A stretch of DNA of 64,000 nucleotides from Paramoeba atlantica (Eukaryota; Protista; Discosea), in the NCBI GenBank assembly GCA_977017575.1, contig CDRNVI010000023.1, forward strand, positions 372,001 to 436,000, written 5' to 3'. The notes under the pieces are model-generated. The model was given only the letters and a program-made list of their open reading frames with translations. It was not told the DNA's origin and searched no databases. This document shows, in pieces, positions 1 to 10,387 of this stretch. The position numbers and the translations under genes were made by a program. Position 1 is the stretch's first letter; each line of letters opens with the position of its first letter.

Positions 1-397
1 ATGTCTCTTTTAAACGCTTGAAATGGGTGTATGAACCTGCAAATGCCATAAAAACATTTAAAAGGACTTGAATCACTTTCGAAAAAAATCAATTTTTCGC
101 CAAATATTTGTCCCTACCGTCCTACTGGGGGTGAGCCTAAAAAGATCCACATCTCTCTTACTGTGGGGGGTCTCTTACTGGGGGGTCTACGGTAGTATCC
201 GTACCCATTTTAAAAAAATGCCCCTTTTGGGGGGAAAATTTGCTTTGTCTATACCTAGTTACTATGTCTATGACCAGTTACTGTGTCGTGGGGGCACAGT
301 AAACTGCACGGGAGTTTAGTATACCTATCAGCTATACTATTCTGGAATATGGTTTAATTTGTTCTTGGAATAATTATTTCTTGAATATAGCAATATC

Positions 398-1120
398 ATG
401 CTTATCACCAAGTCTTCCGACTCACAACAAGTGAATTCTGTGAGTAGATGTACTCGTCCTTCCAAAGTACGAGGTGCTTCCTTGCCACAAGAATACGAAC
501 TGGCGCGACTTATACAAAATGTAGAAAATCAGCATCCCTCCTGGAGTACCGCAACACCCGCTTGTGAATGGTGCTACGTAGAATGCAATCAAGAAGAAAA
601 GGTAGAAGAAGTTTCTTGGTCGCATACGTCGTTGAGCGGTGAACTTCATCTGTCTTATCTTCCGTTTTCAGTCAAAATCTTCGACGTTTCAGACAACCAA
701 CTCACAGGAAGCGTAGATCTTACGCATTTGCCGGAAGCAAATTGTAGATTTAATCTTTCACGAAACCGCTTTTCAGGTCAGGCAGATCTCACAAAACTAC
801 CGAATGAAATGGAAGAACTGTATTTGATACAGAACCAGTTTTCGGGAAATGTCTGTCTCACTCAACTACCCATACATTTCCTAATTTTGGCCTTGAACGG
901 AAATCAATTTGAAGGAACTTTGGACTTGGAACATCTTCCCATTAAAATGGAAGCTTTGTATCTTGAGGAAAATAAGTTTCGTGGAACGGTAATCTTGGAT
1001 ACATTGCCGCCAAACCTACACGATCTGTGGTTAAATGACAATACAGAGCTTTGCGGCACATTAGACAAAAAGGAGACCGGGTTTGCCAGGATTCAGAATA
1101 CGAAAATAATTGCAGAGTAA
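398..1120 (+). CDS. LRR-only protein, locus LRR1 (240 aa)
   Basis: PSKVRGASLPQEYEL motif, SW..ATPACEW..VEC cap, 23-aa repeats LPxxLxxLxLxxNxFxGxLDLxx; no C-terminal TM or GPI signal. Confidence 0.9.
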   Translation: MLITKSSDSQQVNSVSRCTRPSKVRGASLPQEYELARLIQNVENQHPSWSTATPACEWCYVECNQEEKVEEVSWSHTSLSGELHLSYLPFSVKIFDVSDNQLTGSVDLTHLPEANCRFNLSRNRFSGQADLTKLPNEMEELYLIQNQFSGNVCLTQLPIHFLILALNGNQFEGTLDLEHLPIKMEALYLEENKFRGTVILDTLPPNLHDLWLNDNTELCGTLDKKETGFARIQNTKIIAE

Positions 1121-1331
1121 TTTTTTCACACTAATATTTGGCGGCCACAGAGTCGTTTATCTGTGGGCCCAGAATTCATTTATTTGCAGATCGATTTATT
1201 TGTGGATAATCTACTCAAGGGTCAAATCATCAATTTTTTATCCTTAATACGTAAGTACTTCCGTAAATACCCCTCCACCTGTTTCGTTCCAAATTTTTAT
1301 GAGTCATATTGTCAATATGATTGACTCAATC

Positions 1332-1493
1332 ATTGAGTCAATTTCATGTGGTGGGATTCTCCTTTTCTTATTTTCCTTCTTTGCTTCTTAATTTTCTTTC
1401 TAAAGATTCTCCACTTTACTACTTTTCGACTATTTTATCCCCTATCCTTTTCTTCCTCTCTCTACCCACTCCTCTTCCACCCCACCCCCCTCC
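1332..1493 (+). repeat. Degenerate duplicate of the mS23 upstream pyrimidine tract and first codons
   Basis: Aligns by eye to about 5737-5998 (ttgagtcaattt...ttctccacttta...ttttcttcctctctct...ccaccccacccccctcc; FHPTPL vs mS23 LHPTPL). Confidence 0.7.
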
Positions 1494-1546
1494 TTAAGAC
1501 TATAAGAATTGTATTTCTAAAGAGGTTTTTAACGAATAATACATTT

Positions 1547-2743
1547 ATGTTTATTACACAGTCTTCCGACACACCCCAAGCGAATTCTGTGAGAAGCTGT
1601 ACTCGTCCTTCCAAAGTACGAGGTGTTTCCTTGCCACAAGAATACGAACTGGCGCGACTTATACAAAATGTAGAAACTCAACATCCCTCCTGGAGTACCG
1701 CAACACCCGCTTGTCAATGGCACCGTGTAAAATGCAATCAAGAAAAAAAGGTTAGCGAAATTTCTTGGTCGCATAGCTCGCTGAGTGGTGAACTTCATCT
1801 GTCTTGTCTTCCGCTTTCCACTACATTATTTAGCGTTGCAGACAACAAGCTCACAGGAAGCGTAGATCTTACGCATTTGCCGGAAGTAATGCATAGACTC
1901 AATCTTTCACGAAACCGCTTCTCGGGCCATCCAGATCTCACAAGACTACCGCACAAAATGGAAGAATTGGAAGGGGACGCACTTCGCACTCTTCACCCCT
2001 CCCCGGCTCGCTCTCTTCGAGTGAGCTTTCTTCCCTCCCCGGCTCTCTCCTTCTCGTGCTTTCTTCTCCCGGGAGCTATGCGCCATGGTGGCCTCCCTTG
2101 AGGACCACTGGGCGTGCTACAGCGGGAGGACACATTGTATGCGTGTATAGGGGATGCGAACTTGCACCCCTCTCTCCCTACATGCTGTAGCGAGTGCGGC
2201 GGTAACGGACCTCCCCATGATGCATCATGATCCACGATAGACCATCTGACAGCATGAACCCACGGCTTGACCGTGTTGCAGCATGAACCATGGCTATACG
2301 TGCTGTAGCATGACCGATGGGCGTCTCGTCTCCTACCTCGCACTCCACTCTCTGTGTGACACCCGTCGTATGCGGGTCATGCGCCGATGGTATCGGCCGT
2401 CACACAGAGAGACGTATCTCTGCGCCACGAGCGTATGATCATAACCCTGATACAGAACCAGTTTTCAGGAAATGTCTGTCTCACTCAACTGCCTACGAAT
2501 TTACGAATCATGGCCTTAAACGGAAATCAATTTGAAGGAACCTTGGACTTGGAACATCTTCCGCTTAGCGTGGCAGGTTTATTTCTTGAGAACAATCAGT
2601 TTCATGGAACGGTAATTTTGGATACATTGCCGCCGAATCTACACAATCTGTGGTTGAATGACAATATAGAACTTTGCGGCACATTAGACAAAAAGAAGTC
2701 CGGGTTTGTCAAGCTTCAGAATACAAAAATAATTGCAGAGTAA
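1547..2743 (+). pseudogene. LRR2, interrupted by a 478-bp insertion
   Basis: Near-identical to LRR3 (4946-5668) up to gaattg at 1969; LRR frame resumes at tgatacag 2448; about 4 nt lost at the junction. Confidence 0.9.
1970..2447. mobile_element. GC-rich dispersed element inserted in LRR2
   Basis: Absent from intact paralog LRR3; 5' and 3' blocks homologous to about 13670-13820 and 14010-14105. Confidence 0.75.
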
Positions 2744-2778
2744 TTTTTCCTACTTTTTTAACCTTTAGAAAGCCATTG

Positions 2779-3180
2779 GGTCAAAGTGAAGCATTGTTTC
2801 ACACTTTTTTTAAAACATTTATTATCGCCCTATTTTGGCAAAAAGAAGAAATTAACTCTCTTGTACTTGTTCTAGAACGATTTCTACATTCTCGCAAATG
2901 TCATTTGAGGTCCTAAAACAGGCGACGGAGGGCATAATTTCATGTTTTCCTCTCTTTAGCTTACTTTTCACAATTTCTGCGCCGAACTTCAGCCGATTAT
3001 CTCGCGCTTCTTTCCCACTATCAAACGTACCGTCACCGCGAAAAAAGTACAACTGTATGTAAACAAATGTCAGAAAAATACTTTCAGTGCACGTAAAATA
3101 TGATAAGGCAACACTTAGAACACCTAAAAAAAATAACGAAAAAAAAATATTTTTATGTGAAATAATGCTTCACTTTCACC
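2779..3180. mobile_element. MITE, Merlin-type (GG termini, 8-bp TSD)
   Basis: TIR ggtcaaagtgaagcattgtttcaca / tgtgaaataatgcttcactttcacc; TSD agccattg/agccattc; empty site agccattc at about 5697 in the paralogous spacer. Confidence 0.9.
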
Positions 3181-3463
3181 AGCCATTCATGTGCTTTTGT
3201 TCCTAATTTTTAGAAATCTTATGGAGTCAATTTTAATCCGACGCCAGTCTCTTTTCATAAACCCCGCCGATCGAAAAGTCACCCCCCTCTAACTTTTCCG
3301 CCAAGTGTCCGTTTGAGCCCATTTTTGTTGCATTTTGCAGATCCCAACACAAAGACTTTGCGCGTTAAAGCATAGAACCAAAACTCTCAAATATGTGCAT
3401 CTGATAGACGGATTATCACTTTCTTCACACTTTTCAAGATACCAATTTCTCACTTTCCAAGTA

Positions 3464-4145
3464 CATTGCGTGGCGTTATTGCGGGACGGGTTAGCTACGG
3501 GACGGGTATTTAAGGGACAATATAGAGGTGGTCATACCTTTGGAATTGAACAAAAGAACTACAAGTGTAGCGCCCAAGTCACAGAGCGCGCAAGTTATCG
3601 GGCACATATTAAATGTATTTGTAAGATAAATGAACGAAAAGGGGATGACTAAAGGAAGATAATTGAAAGAAAAAGGTATAGTAGAGCCTTGGAAAAAATA
3701 TGTAGAAATAACGACGGTTTGGGTGGTTATAAAACTACCGTTCTACCCTCGATTATTGAAAACAAGGTGAACAAAAACAGTAAAAATATACTGAGGAACA
3801 CAGTAATATAATAGAAGAAAAAAATATAAAAGGGGGCTCCGGTGGTCCAAAATTGAAAAAAATGGAGGGTCTAGGGGGGCATACCGCACGAAATTTTTTT
3901 GAAAAAAATATTTTTCGAAAAAAAACCGCAGAAGGGGTAGCCGGGGTCTTGGCGCGCATTTTCCATTCCCCTACCCGGGGGTGACCCCCCCGCGTATCCG
4001 CAGGACGGGTCCGCCAAGTTTGGATTTTTTCGGAAAAAAAATTGAAAAAAATTTCGACTTGGCGAAAGTTGATTAATTACTGGGCACTTTGGCCTTGATG
4101 GGGGGTGTCCCTTAATTAACCCGTCCCGTAATAAGCCCCGCACTG
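3464..4145. mobile_element. Tc1/mariner-type non-autonomous element with nested insertion
   Basis: TA TSD (3462-63, 4146-47); about 30-bp TIRs cattgcgtggcgttattgcgggacgggtta / taacccgtcccgtaataagccccgcactg. Confidence 0.8.
3720..4068 (-). mobile_element. Fragment of the palindrome-ended element family
   Basis: Reverse complement matches about 35470-35875 including the terminal hairpin. Confidence 0.85.
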
Positions 4146-4189
4146 TAATCAAATCTTCTCCCATGAGAAATTCAATTTATTTGATCTGT

Positions 4190-4815
4190 TTTTGCCGATT
4201 TCTATTACAAACGAGAGATCTCGTTCCCCTGGCAAAGAGCTTTGCAGCTATTCTTTAATATTGATACATTTGTACCCCCTGGACGAGGAGCGTTTGTTTT
4301 TTAAAGTTGGTGTGGTATGGCGATGCGAAAAAACAAAATAGAAAAATAATTTTCTCTCGTTCTTTTTCTGAAATGATCTAAAAATGGTGGGAACGTGCAG
4401 TTCTCAGAATTTTGAACGAGAAAATGATATCTTAACCCCCTTAGGTCCCTTCAAGCAAAATGTAAAGGGGGCATCTTAAAAAAGTTGATTTTACACCGTT
4501 TCAAGAAACAACCAATCAAAGACAAATATTTCACCACTTGACAAATTCAATGATTGTTATCTGCCTTTGTTTATTTTTGTTGCAAACGAGAGATCTCGTT
4601 CCCCTATCGAAGAGCTGTGACGCCATTTTCATATTGAGCCCCTTCTCCCCCCTGGCCGCTGAGCATGTGATTTTTCCTGTCGTATTGGCAAGACTGCGCA
4701 AAAGAATGATTAAAAAAGTGTGTTTTTATTTTTTGCTTGTGAAGAGGTCTAAAAACAGCGGCAACGTGCAGATCTCAAAATTTTAAACAGCAAAGTGGTG
4801 CCGCAACCCCTTTAA
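4190..4815. repeat. Two diverged tandem copies of a ~250-bp repeat
   Basis: aaacgagagatctcgttcccct...aacgtgcag.tctca.aatttt.aac occurs at about 4208-4420 and 4585-4790; copies end in aaccccctta / aaccccttta. Confidence 0.6.
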
Positions 4816-4945
4816 ACCTCATTGTATTCGCTGTGTGGGGTTTATTTTTCTTGATTCTTTCTTCATTCTTTCTTTAAACATTCTCCACTTTATACGGTAT
4901 ATAAGAATTGTATTTCTAAAGAGGTTTTTAACAAATAATACATTT

Positions 4946-5668
4946 ATGTTTATTACACAGTCTTCCGACACACCCCAAGCGGATTCTGTGAGAAGCGGTA
5001 CTCGTCCTTCCAAAGTACGAGGTGTTTCCTTGCCACAAGAATACGAACTGGCGCGACTTATACAAAATGTAGAAACTCAACATTCCTCCTGGAGTACCGC
5101 AACACCCGCTTGTCAATGGCACCGTGTAAAATGCAATCAAGAAAAAAAGGTTAGCGAAATTTCTTGGTCGCATAGCTCGCTGAGTGGTGAACTTCATCTG
5201 TCTTGTCTTCCGCTTTCCACTACAGTATTTAGCGTTGCAGACAACAAGCTCACAGGAAGCGTAGATCTTACGCATTTGCCGGAAGTAATGCATAGACTCA
5301 ATCTTTCACGAAACCGCTTCTCGGGCCATCCAGATCTCACAAGACTACCGCACAAAATGGAAGAATTGTACTTGATACAGAACCAGTTTTCAGGCAATGT
5401 CTGTCTCACTCAACTGCCTACGAATTTACGAATCATGGCCTTAAACAGAAATCATTTTGAAGGAACCTTGGACTTGGAACATCTTCCGCTTAGCATGGCA
5501 GGTTTGTTTCTTGAGGAAAATAAGTTTCATGGAACAGTAATTTTTGATGCGTTGCCGCCGAATCTCCGCAATCTGTTGTTGAATGACAATACAGAACTTT
5601 GCGGCACATTAGACAAAAAGAAGTCCGTATTTGTCAAGCTTAAGAATACAAAAATCATTGCAGAGTAA
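4946..5668 (+). CDS. LRR-only protein, locus LRR3 (240 aa)
   Basis: ATG 4946 gives the same length as LRR1; family motif, cap and repeats intact. The upstream extension in the ORF track is a pyrimidine tract. Confidence 0.9.
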   Translation: MFITQSSDTPQADSVRSGTRPSKVRGVSLPQEYELARLIQNVETQHSSWSTATPACQWHRVKCNQEKKVSEISWSHSSLSGELHLSCLPLSTTVFSVADNKLTGSVDLTHLPEVMHRLNLSRNRFSGHPDLTRLPHKMEELYLIQNQFSGNVCLTQLPTNLRIMALNRNHFEGTLDLEHLPLSMAGLFLEENKFHGTVIFDALPPNLRNLLLNDNTELCGTLDKKKSVFVKLKNTKIIAE

Positions 5669-5975
5669 TTTTTCTCACTGTTTTAACCTTTAGAAAGCCA
5701 TTCATGTGGTTTTGTTCCAGTTTTTTGGAAATCTTATTGAGTCAATTTTCATCCTACGCGAGTCTCTTTTCATATTTTCCTTCTTTCTTTCTTCTTTTTG
5801 CGGTTTGAGGGCACGTTCGTTGAATGTTCATGAACGTGCCCTCAAGCCCATTTTTCTTTCAAAACATTCTCCACTTTACCCCTTCTTTCTTAACTCCTTT
5901 TTATCTCCTCTTATTTTCTTCCTCTCTCTCCCTTTCTCTTTCTCTCTACCCCCTCCACCTCCACCCCCCCTCTCC

Positions 5976-7982
5976 ATGCTCCACCCCACCCCCCTCCCCC
6001 GCATCAAAGCCCCCCGCAACACCTGCGTCGGCCCCGAGTACGACCGCTGGTGGACCAAATACGACGCCTGGAGTACCTTTAACCGCATCCGTCGTCTCGT
6101 CGGCACCGGGTTCTACATCCCCCCGGAGTGGTACCTCCACTTCCGACTCTTCCCCCCGCCCCACAATCTCGCTCGAGAGGAGCAAACCCTAAACCCCTAT
6201 GCCCATGAGCCCCACAGGAGTGAAACCCAAAAGAATACTAACCCTAACCCCTTTAATCATAATAATAATAATAATAGCAATCATAATAACCTTAGGAATA
6301 ACCATAACCATACTAATCGGTACGATGGTAATAATACTATGAACTCCCCCTTCCCTTCCTCTCGCGAACAACTTCGCGCAGAGCTCGCGACCCACAGTCG
6401 CACCGCCGCCTCCACGGGGAATCGGTACACCAATTTATTTTGGGTCCAGAAGCCCCTGGACGAGATGGAGCGGGCCTACCACCGGCGGGTCGCCCAGCAC
6501 GGGCTCTCGCACCGGGAGGCCATGGAGGCGGTGGTGCGGGGGTACTACGCGGGGGAGGGGGTGCGGCTGCGGGTCCACGCGCTGCACCGGGAGGAGGCCG
6601 CGCTCAGCGGCAAGTTCCTCTCGATGCGGGAGGGGATCGCGGCGGTCCACACGCTGGGGGTGCTGCAGCGGGAGGCGCTGGCCCCGGCGGATTACACCGC
6701 GCTGGCGTGTGGGGTGCGGCAGGGGCAGCGGGGGAATCGGAGGGTGGGGGTGCGGAAGGTGAGGGTGCGGAGGGGGGTGTGGGAGAGGGCGAGGGCGAGG
6801 GGAGAGGGAAAAAGGGGGAAGGGGGAGGAAAAGGGGAAAGAGGAAGGGGAAGAGGTGAAAAAGGGGGAACGGGGGAGTGTGGAGGATGCGGCAAAGGGTG
6901 ATAAGGTGGAGGTAAAGGAGACAAAGCCTGGGGGGGAGGAGGTGGAAGGGGTCGGGGAGAAGGTAGTGGGAATTGGGGAAACGCAGAAGGCGTCGACTGA
7001 AACTGATAAACGTTCGGATGCCAGTGCCACGGATTCCGAGACAACTGGCTTGGAAAAATCTCCTTCAGATTCAGAGTCTCTTGAGTCAAGCAAGGACACC
7101 TCTCCCCAGAGCTCTGTCCCTAGCGCTCTGGACTACCCTTTGGAGGTCCCAACTCTTACCACTTCTACTACAGTGGAGCTCCAAACACCTGTCTCACGTC
7201 TGCATGGGACTCTTGCCTCGCTACGTGAGCGACGCGCGCGACAAGCTGTCGGAACCTCTTCGTGGTACGATACAAAATCGAGTTTAGAGCCGACATCAGG
7301 TGCAGCGCCCATAGACGCTCCAACAGAAAATCAAGAACAGTCCATTCAGAAAACGGAATCAAAGCAAGACACCTCACAAACTTCTGTACCTCACGAGCTA
7401 ACCCCTACGGACGGGACCAAACCCGTTGAAGCTCCTTTTGGCTTATTTATGTCTGATCTTTCCGAGCGTCTCCATGACACCCCTTCTACGTCCGCCAAAA
7501 CCCCTTCCTCGGAGAAGGGTTCCTCCGACACAACCTCCCGTATCCCTATTTCTAAAACTTTACCTCAGACACCCACTCGGGGTTCATCTCCCCTCTCTAC
7601 CCCCTCTAAACCACACTCCCCTGGGTCCTCACCTAAAGCAGGGAAATCGGTTTCGGAACTTCTCCGTGCGCTGCACAAAACGAAACCGGAGAGTGAGAGA
7701 CTCATGAGGGGTGGAGGGAGAGGTGGCGGTGGCGGGGGCTCCCGGGGCGGCATGGCCCCCGGTGAGGGTTTGAAACCATCGAAGGTGTCCTCATCCCCGG
7801 ATAAAGCGTTCTCCTCTCATGACAAACCTCCCATGTCACCCACAAGGTCCAAAAGCTCAGAGGATGGCGCCTCCTCTCTACTTCGGGGAATGGGACAGCG
7901 TCATTCCTCTCGAGGGAGAGGAAGTGGGCTCTCCGGTATTGGAGGTGGGGGAAGTCTCTTTGGAAAACGTGAGAGTAGGTAG
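5976..7982 (+). CDS. MRPS23: Mitochondrial small-subunit ribosomal protein mS23-like with long low-complexity C-terminal extension
   Basis: STFNRIRRLVGTGFYIPPEWYLHFRLFPP matches the mS23 N-terminal signature (S/TIF.R.R.L...G......P.W......FPP); ATG 5976 follows a pyrimidine tract. Confidence 0.75.
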   Translation: MLHPTPLPRIKAPRNTCVGPEYDRWWTKYDAWSTFNRIRRLVGTGFYIPPEWYLHFRLFPPPHNLAREEQTLNPYAHEPHRSETQKNTNPNPFNHNNNNNSNHNNLRNNHNHTNRYDGNNTMNSPFPSSREQLRAELATHSRTAASTGNRYTNLFWVQKPLDEMERAYHRRVAQHGLSHREAMEAVVRGYYAGEGVRLRVHALHREEAALSGKFLSMREGIAAVHTLGVLQREALAPADYTALACGVRQGQRGNRRVGVRKVRVRRGVWERARARGEGKRGKGEEKGKEEGEEVKKGERGSVEDAAKGDKVEVKETKPGGEEVEGVGEKVVGIGETQKASTETDKRSDASATDSETTGLEKSPSDSESLESSKDTSPQSSVPSALDYPLEVPTLTTSTTVELQTPVSRLHGTLASLRERRARQAVGTSSWYDTKSSLEPTSGAAPIDAPTENQEQSIQKTESKQDTSQTSVPHELTPTDGTKPVEAPFGLFMSDLSERLHDTPSTSAKTPSSEKGSSDTTSRIPISKTLPQTPTRGSSPLSTPSKPHSPGSSPKAGKSVSELLRALHKTKPESERLMRGGGRGGGGGGSRGGMAPGEGLKPSKVSSSPDKAFSSHDKPPMSPTRSKSSEDGASSLLRGMGQRHSSRGRGSGLSGIGGGGSLFGKRESR

Positions 7983-8285
7983 TGCATCGTGAAGGAAAGG
8001 CTTTTGCGAATCACTTTTTTTGTAAAAACTTTTGTTGAAAAAGTTTACTTTTTGAATAGATAATAGGAAAGAGATGCTTTCGCGGTCGTTTCTAAAGAAT
8101 GCATTATGAACTATGAAAATGAATTATGTTTTTATGCGCGGCTTTTATTTCGTGCACTTGCTACATAGTACTCTGCGAAAATCAGTAAGAGTGTGAGAAT
8201 TGTTTTTTATCTTCAAGGATGTACATACCATGTTTGAGTCAGCGTTCTACGTTTTATACGCTTTTATATCTTACGTTTGAAAAAA

Positions 8286-8909
8286 ATGTATCTGCTAGAC
8301 TTTGCTGCCACGCAGGATCCATCACAGACCATTCGCAAGTCTCGCCTTGCGAAAGTCACGGGCACTTCGTTACCTCTGGAACAAAACTTAATGCGCCTTT
8401 TATATGCCGTCGAAAATTCTCACTTGATTGTCGATAAGCAAAAGCCTGGGTGTGATTGGCGAGGCGTACACTGTAATGTTGGAGGCGATGTTCTTTATAT
8501 TTCTTGGCCTCGTATGGAATTGCGTGGAGAACTGAATTTTGAGTTATTGCCTTCGAAAATGGAACGATTTTATATTCATGACAATCACCTCTCTGGTGAG
8601 TTCCTCTTTGAATATTTGCCTCTAACTTTGGAGTTTTTTTCGATTAAAGGCAATCGATTCACTGGAAACTTAAATTTTCATTACTTTTCGGAATCCATAA
8701 AGTACATTGATCTCGGCATGAACTTTTTTTCTGGGACGATTGATTTTAGCTTACGCCCCTTATCTTTGCGTGAGATTTATTTGAACGGTAACACTGATCT
8801 GGAAGGTCATCTACAGCAAGGGTCAGTTCTGTTATACGATGTTCAAGGGACCCGAATTACAACGAACGAGGGTGAACTTTTTCGACGAAAGAACTACCAA
8901 TATGGTTAG
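8286..8909 (+). CDS. LRR-only protein, locus LRR4
   Basis: AKVTGTSLPLEQNL motif, CDWRGVHC cap, LRR repeats. Confidence 0.88.
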   Translation: MYLLDFAATQDPSQTIRKSRLAKVTGTSLPLEQNLMRLLYAVENSHLIVDKQKPGCDWRGVHCNVGGDVLYISWPRMELRGELNFELLPSKMERFYIHDNHLSGEFLFEYLPLTLEFFSIKGNRFTGNLNFHYFSESIKYIDLGMNFFSGTIDFSLRPLSLREIYLNGNTDLEGHLQQGSVLLYDVQGTRITTNEGELFRRKNYQYG

Positions 8910-9442
8910 TACTTCTCCCTTCTTATGTTTTCTTTGTGTAGTAAAAATGCGAACGAAGCCTAAAATCAGCAGAGTAGAAAACTGGTCTATAAAAAACACT
9001 TAGAAAAGCTTAAAAAATGTATCGCGAAGTTCAATCAAAATCTAGAATTTACAAAATTAGCCCAAAAAACAAAATTTTCTCAAATATTATTCCAGTTTGT
9101 CTGTTACCGTCAAAACGCTTATTGAGGTAAGCAATAAACAGCGATATTAAGGTATGTAATAAACAGTGTGAAGTGACATGTACTCGTTGGAGGACGGGTC
9201 TCATCGGGCCCCTTCAAGTGGACTTACTTCCTCATTCGCTCGTTTATTGTAATTGGAATTAATTCCAGGAATATGGATTACAGAGATAAAAGATGGCTAG
9301 CAAAGGAAATTTCGCTTTTTACTATGCCTGAAATACGATTAAACTAGTGTCATCAAGAATCAAATGTTCTTTATTAACGCTACTATGCTTATTCAAATTA
9401 TATCATTACATCACTTAGGCACGATATTAAATACTAACAACA

Positions 9443-9997
9443 ATGTTCATCGCTCTCTTCACTCTGTGGGTAACAATACCGCCTCAACTTTATTTTGAGG
9501 ACACAGCACCTCAGTTATCTCGACTAGGCAAACCCCTTGCGACTATGTTGCCCGAAGAAGTTTTACTTGTTCAATTTATTTCCAATCTCACCAACACAGA
9601 CCGTAGTTGGCGAGCGACGAAGAAAAATATATTTCACAAGACAAAAGTTGTGTCAGCTTGCACGTGGAGGGGTGTGCAATGTACCTCGGAGTCCAAAGTA
9701 CAAGGATTGTGGTGGAATTACTTCAATCTGTCTGGAGAGCCAAACTGGCATTCTCTTCCGGCACATCTTCGTGATATTGATTTATCGTTTAATAAATTGA
9801 CCGGCGAAGTACCATTTTCTGTTCTCCCACCGAGCCTGCGGATACTCCATTTACAGAATAACCAGTTTGTTGGTGAATTGCGCTTAAACGATCTTCCGTT
9901 CGGTATACGCAGCGCGCATCTGCAAAACAACGAATTCATCAAAAACAAGGGCTTCGCAGACAAATATCCGGAATCTCTCAAAGACCTTCACTATTGA
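9443..9997 (+). CDS. LRR-only protein, locus LRR5 (184 aa)
   Basis: LGKPLATMLPEEVLL motif variant, ACTWRGVQC cap, 3 LRRs; paralog of LRR8. Confidence 0.88.
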   Translation: MFIALFTLWVTIPPQLYFEDTAPQLSRLGKPLATMLPEEVLLVQFISNLTNTDRSWRATKKNIFHKTKVVSACTWRGVQCTSESKVQGLWWNYFNLSGEPNWHSLPAHLRDIDLSFNKLTGEVPFSVLPPSLRILHLQNNQFVGELRLNDLPFGIRSAHLQNNEFIKNKGFADKYPESLKDLHY

Positions 9998-10387
9998 AGT
10001 TATGAACCCTTTTCACGCAAACAAAATGATTCTACTGATATGCATTGTACACCATTGTAATAATTTTCAATGATTTGGAAAACATTTTTATGGGTCGACT
10101 TTAACACGCTGCGTTATTATGTGATTATAGTGCAGAGGTTTTCTTCACCATTATTAACCCTACACCCCCTTTCATTAATAATGATAATTGGAGAGTCTGC
10201 AGGTGGGCTAGGTTTGGGTTCAAAAAACCTACAAGAACCGAGTACAAGAACCTACACGGATCTACCGCCGAGAATGTCGTAAAGAAAGGGAACGGACTCG
10301 AGAAACTAAGATGGAGTTTTCAAGTTCTCAAAAGCGATGGTTAAGAGATTTGTTGGGAAAGTATTGCCGTGCTTGCAAACAAATTTT

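Noticed and set aside
1346-1546. Hydrophobic N-terminal extensions in the ORF track read as signal peptides (also 4835, 5706, 28644, 38755)
   Set aside because: They translate pyrimidine tracts or begin at non-ATG codons; paralog alignment supports downstream ATGs
2075-2120. HDV-like ribozyme or the 77-nt ingi/L1Tc signature in the GC-rich element
   Set aside because: It folds as a simple hairpin; the double pseudoknot and the signature sequence could not be identified
5824-7753. Pro/Gly-rich overlapping ORFs around mS23 (and around PRA1, 56329-57143)
   Set aside because: Shadow frames produced by extreme C/G skew; no motifs
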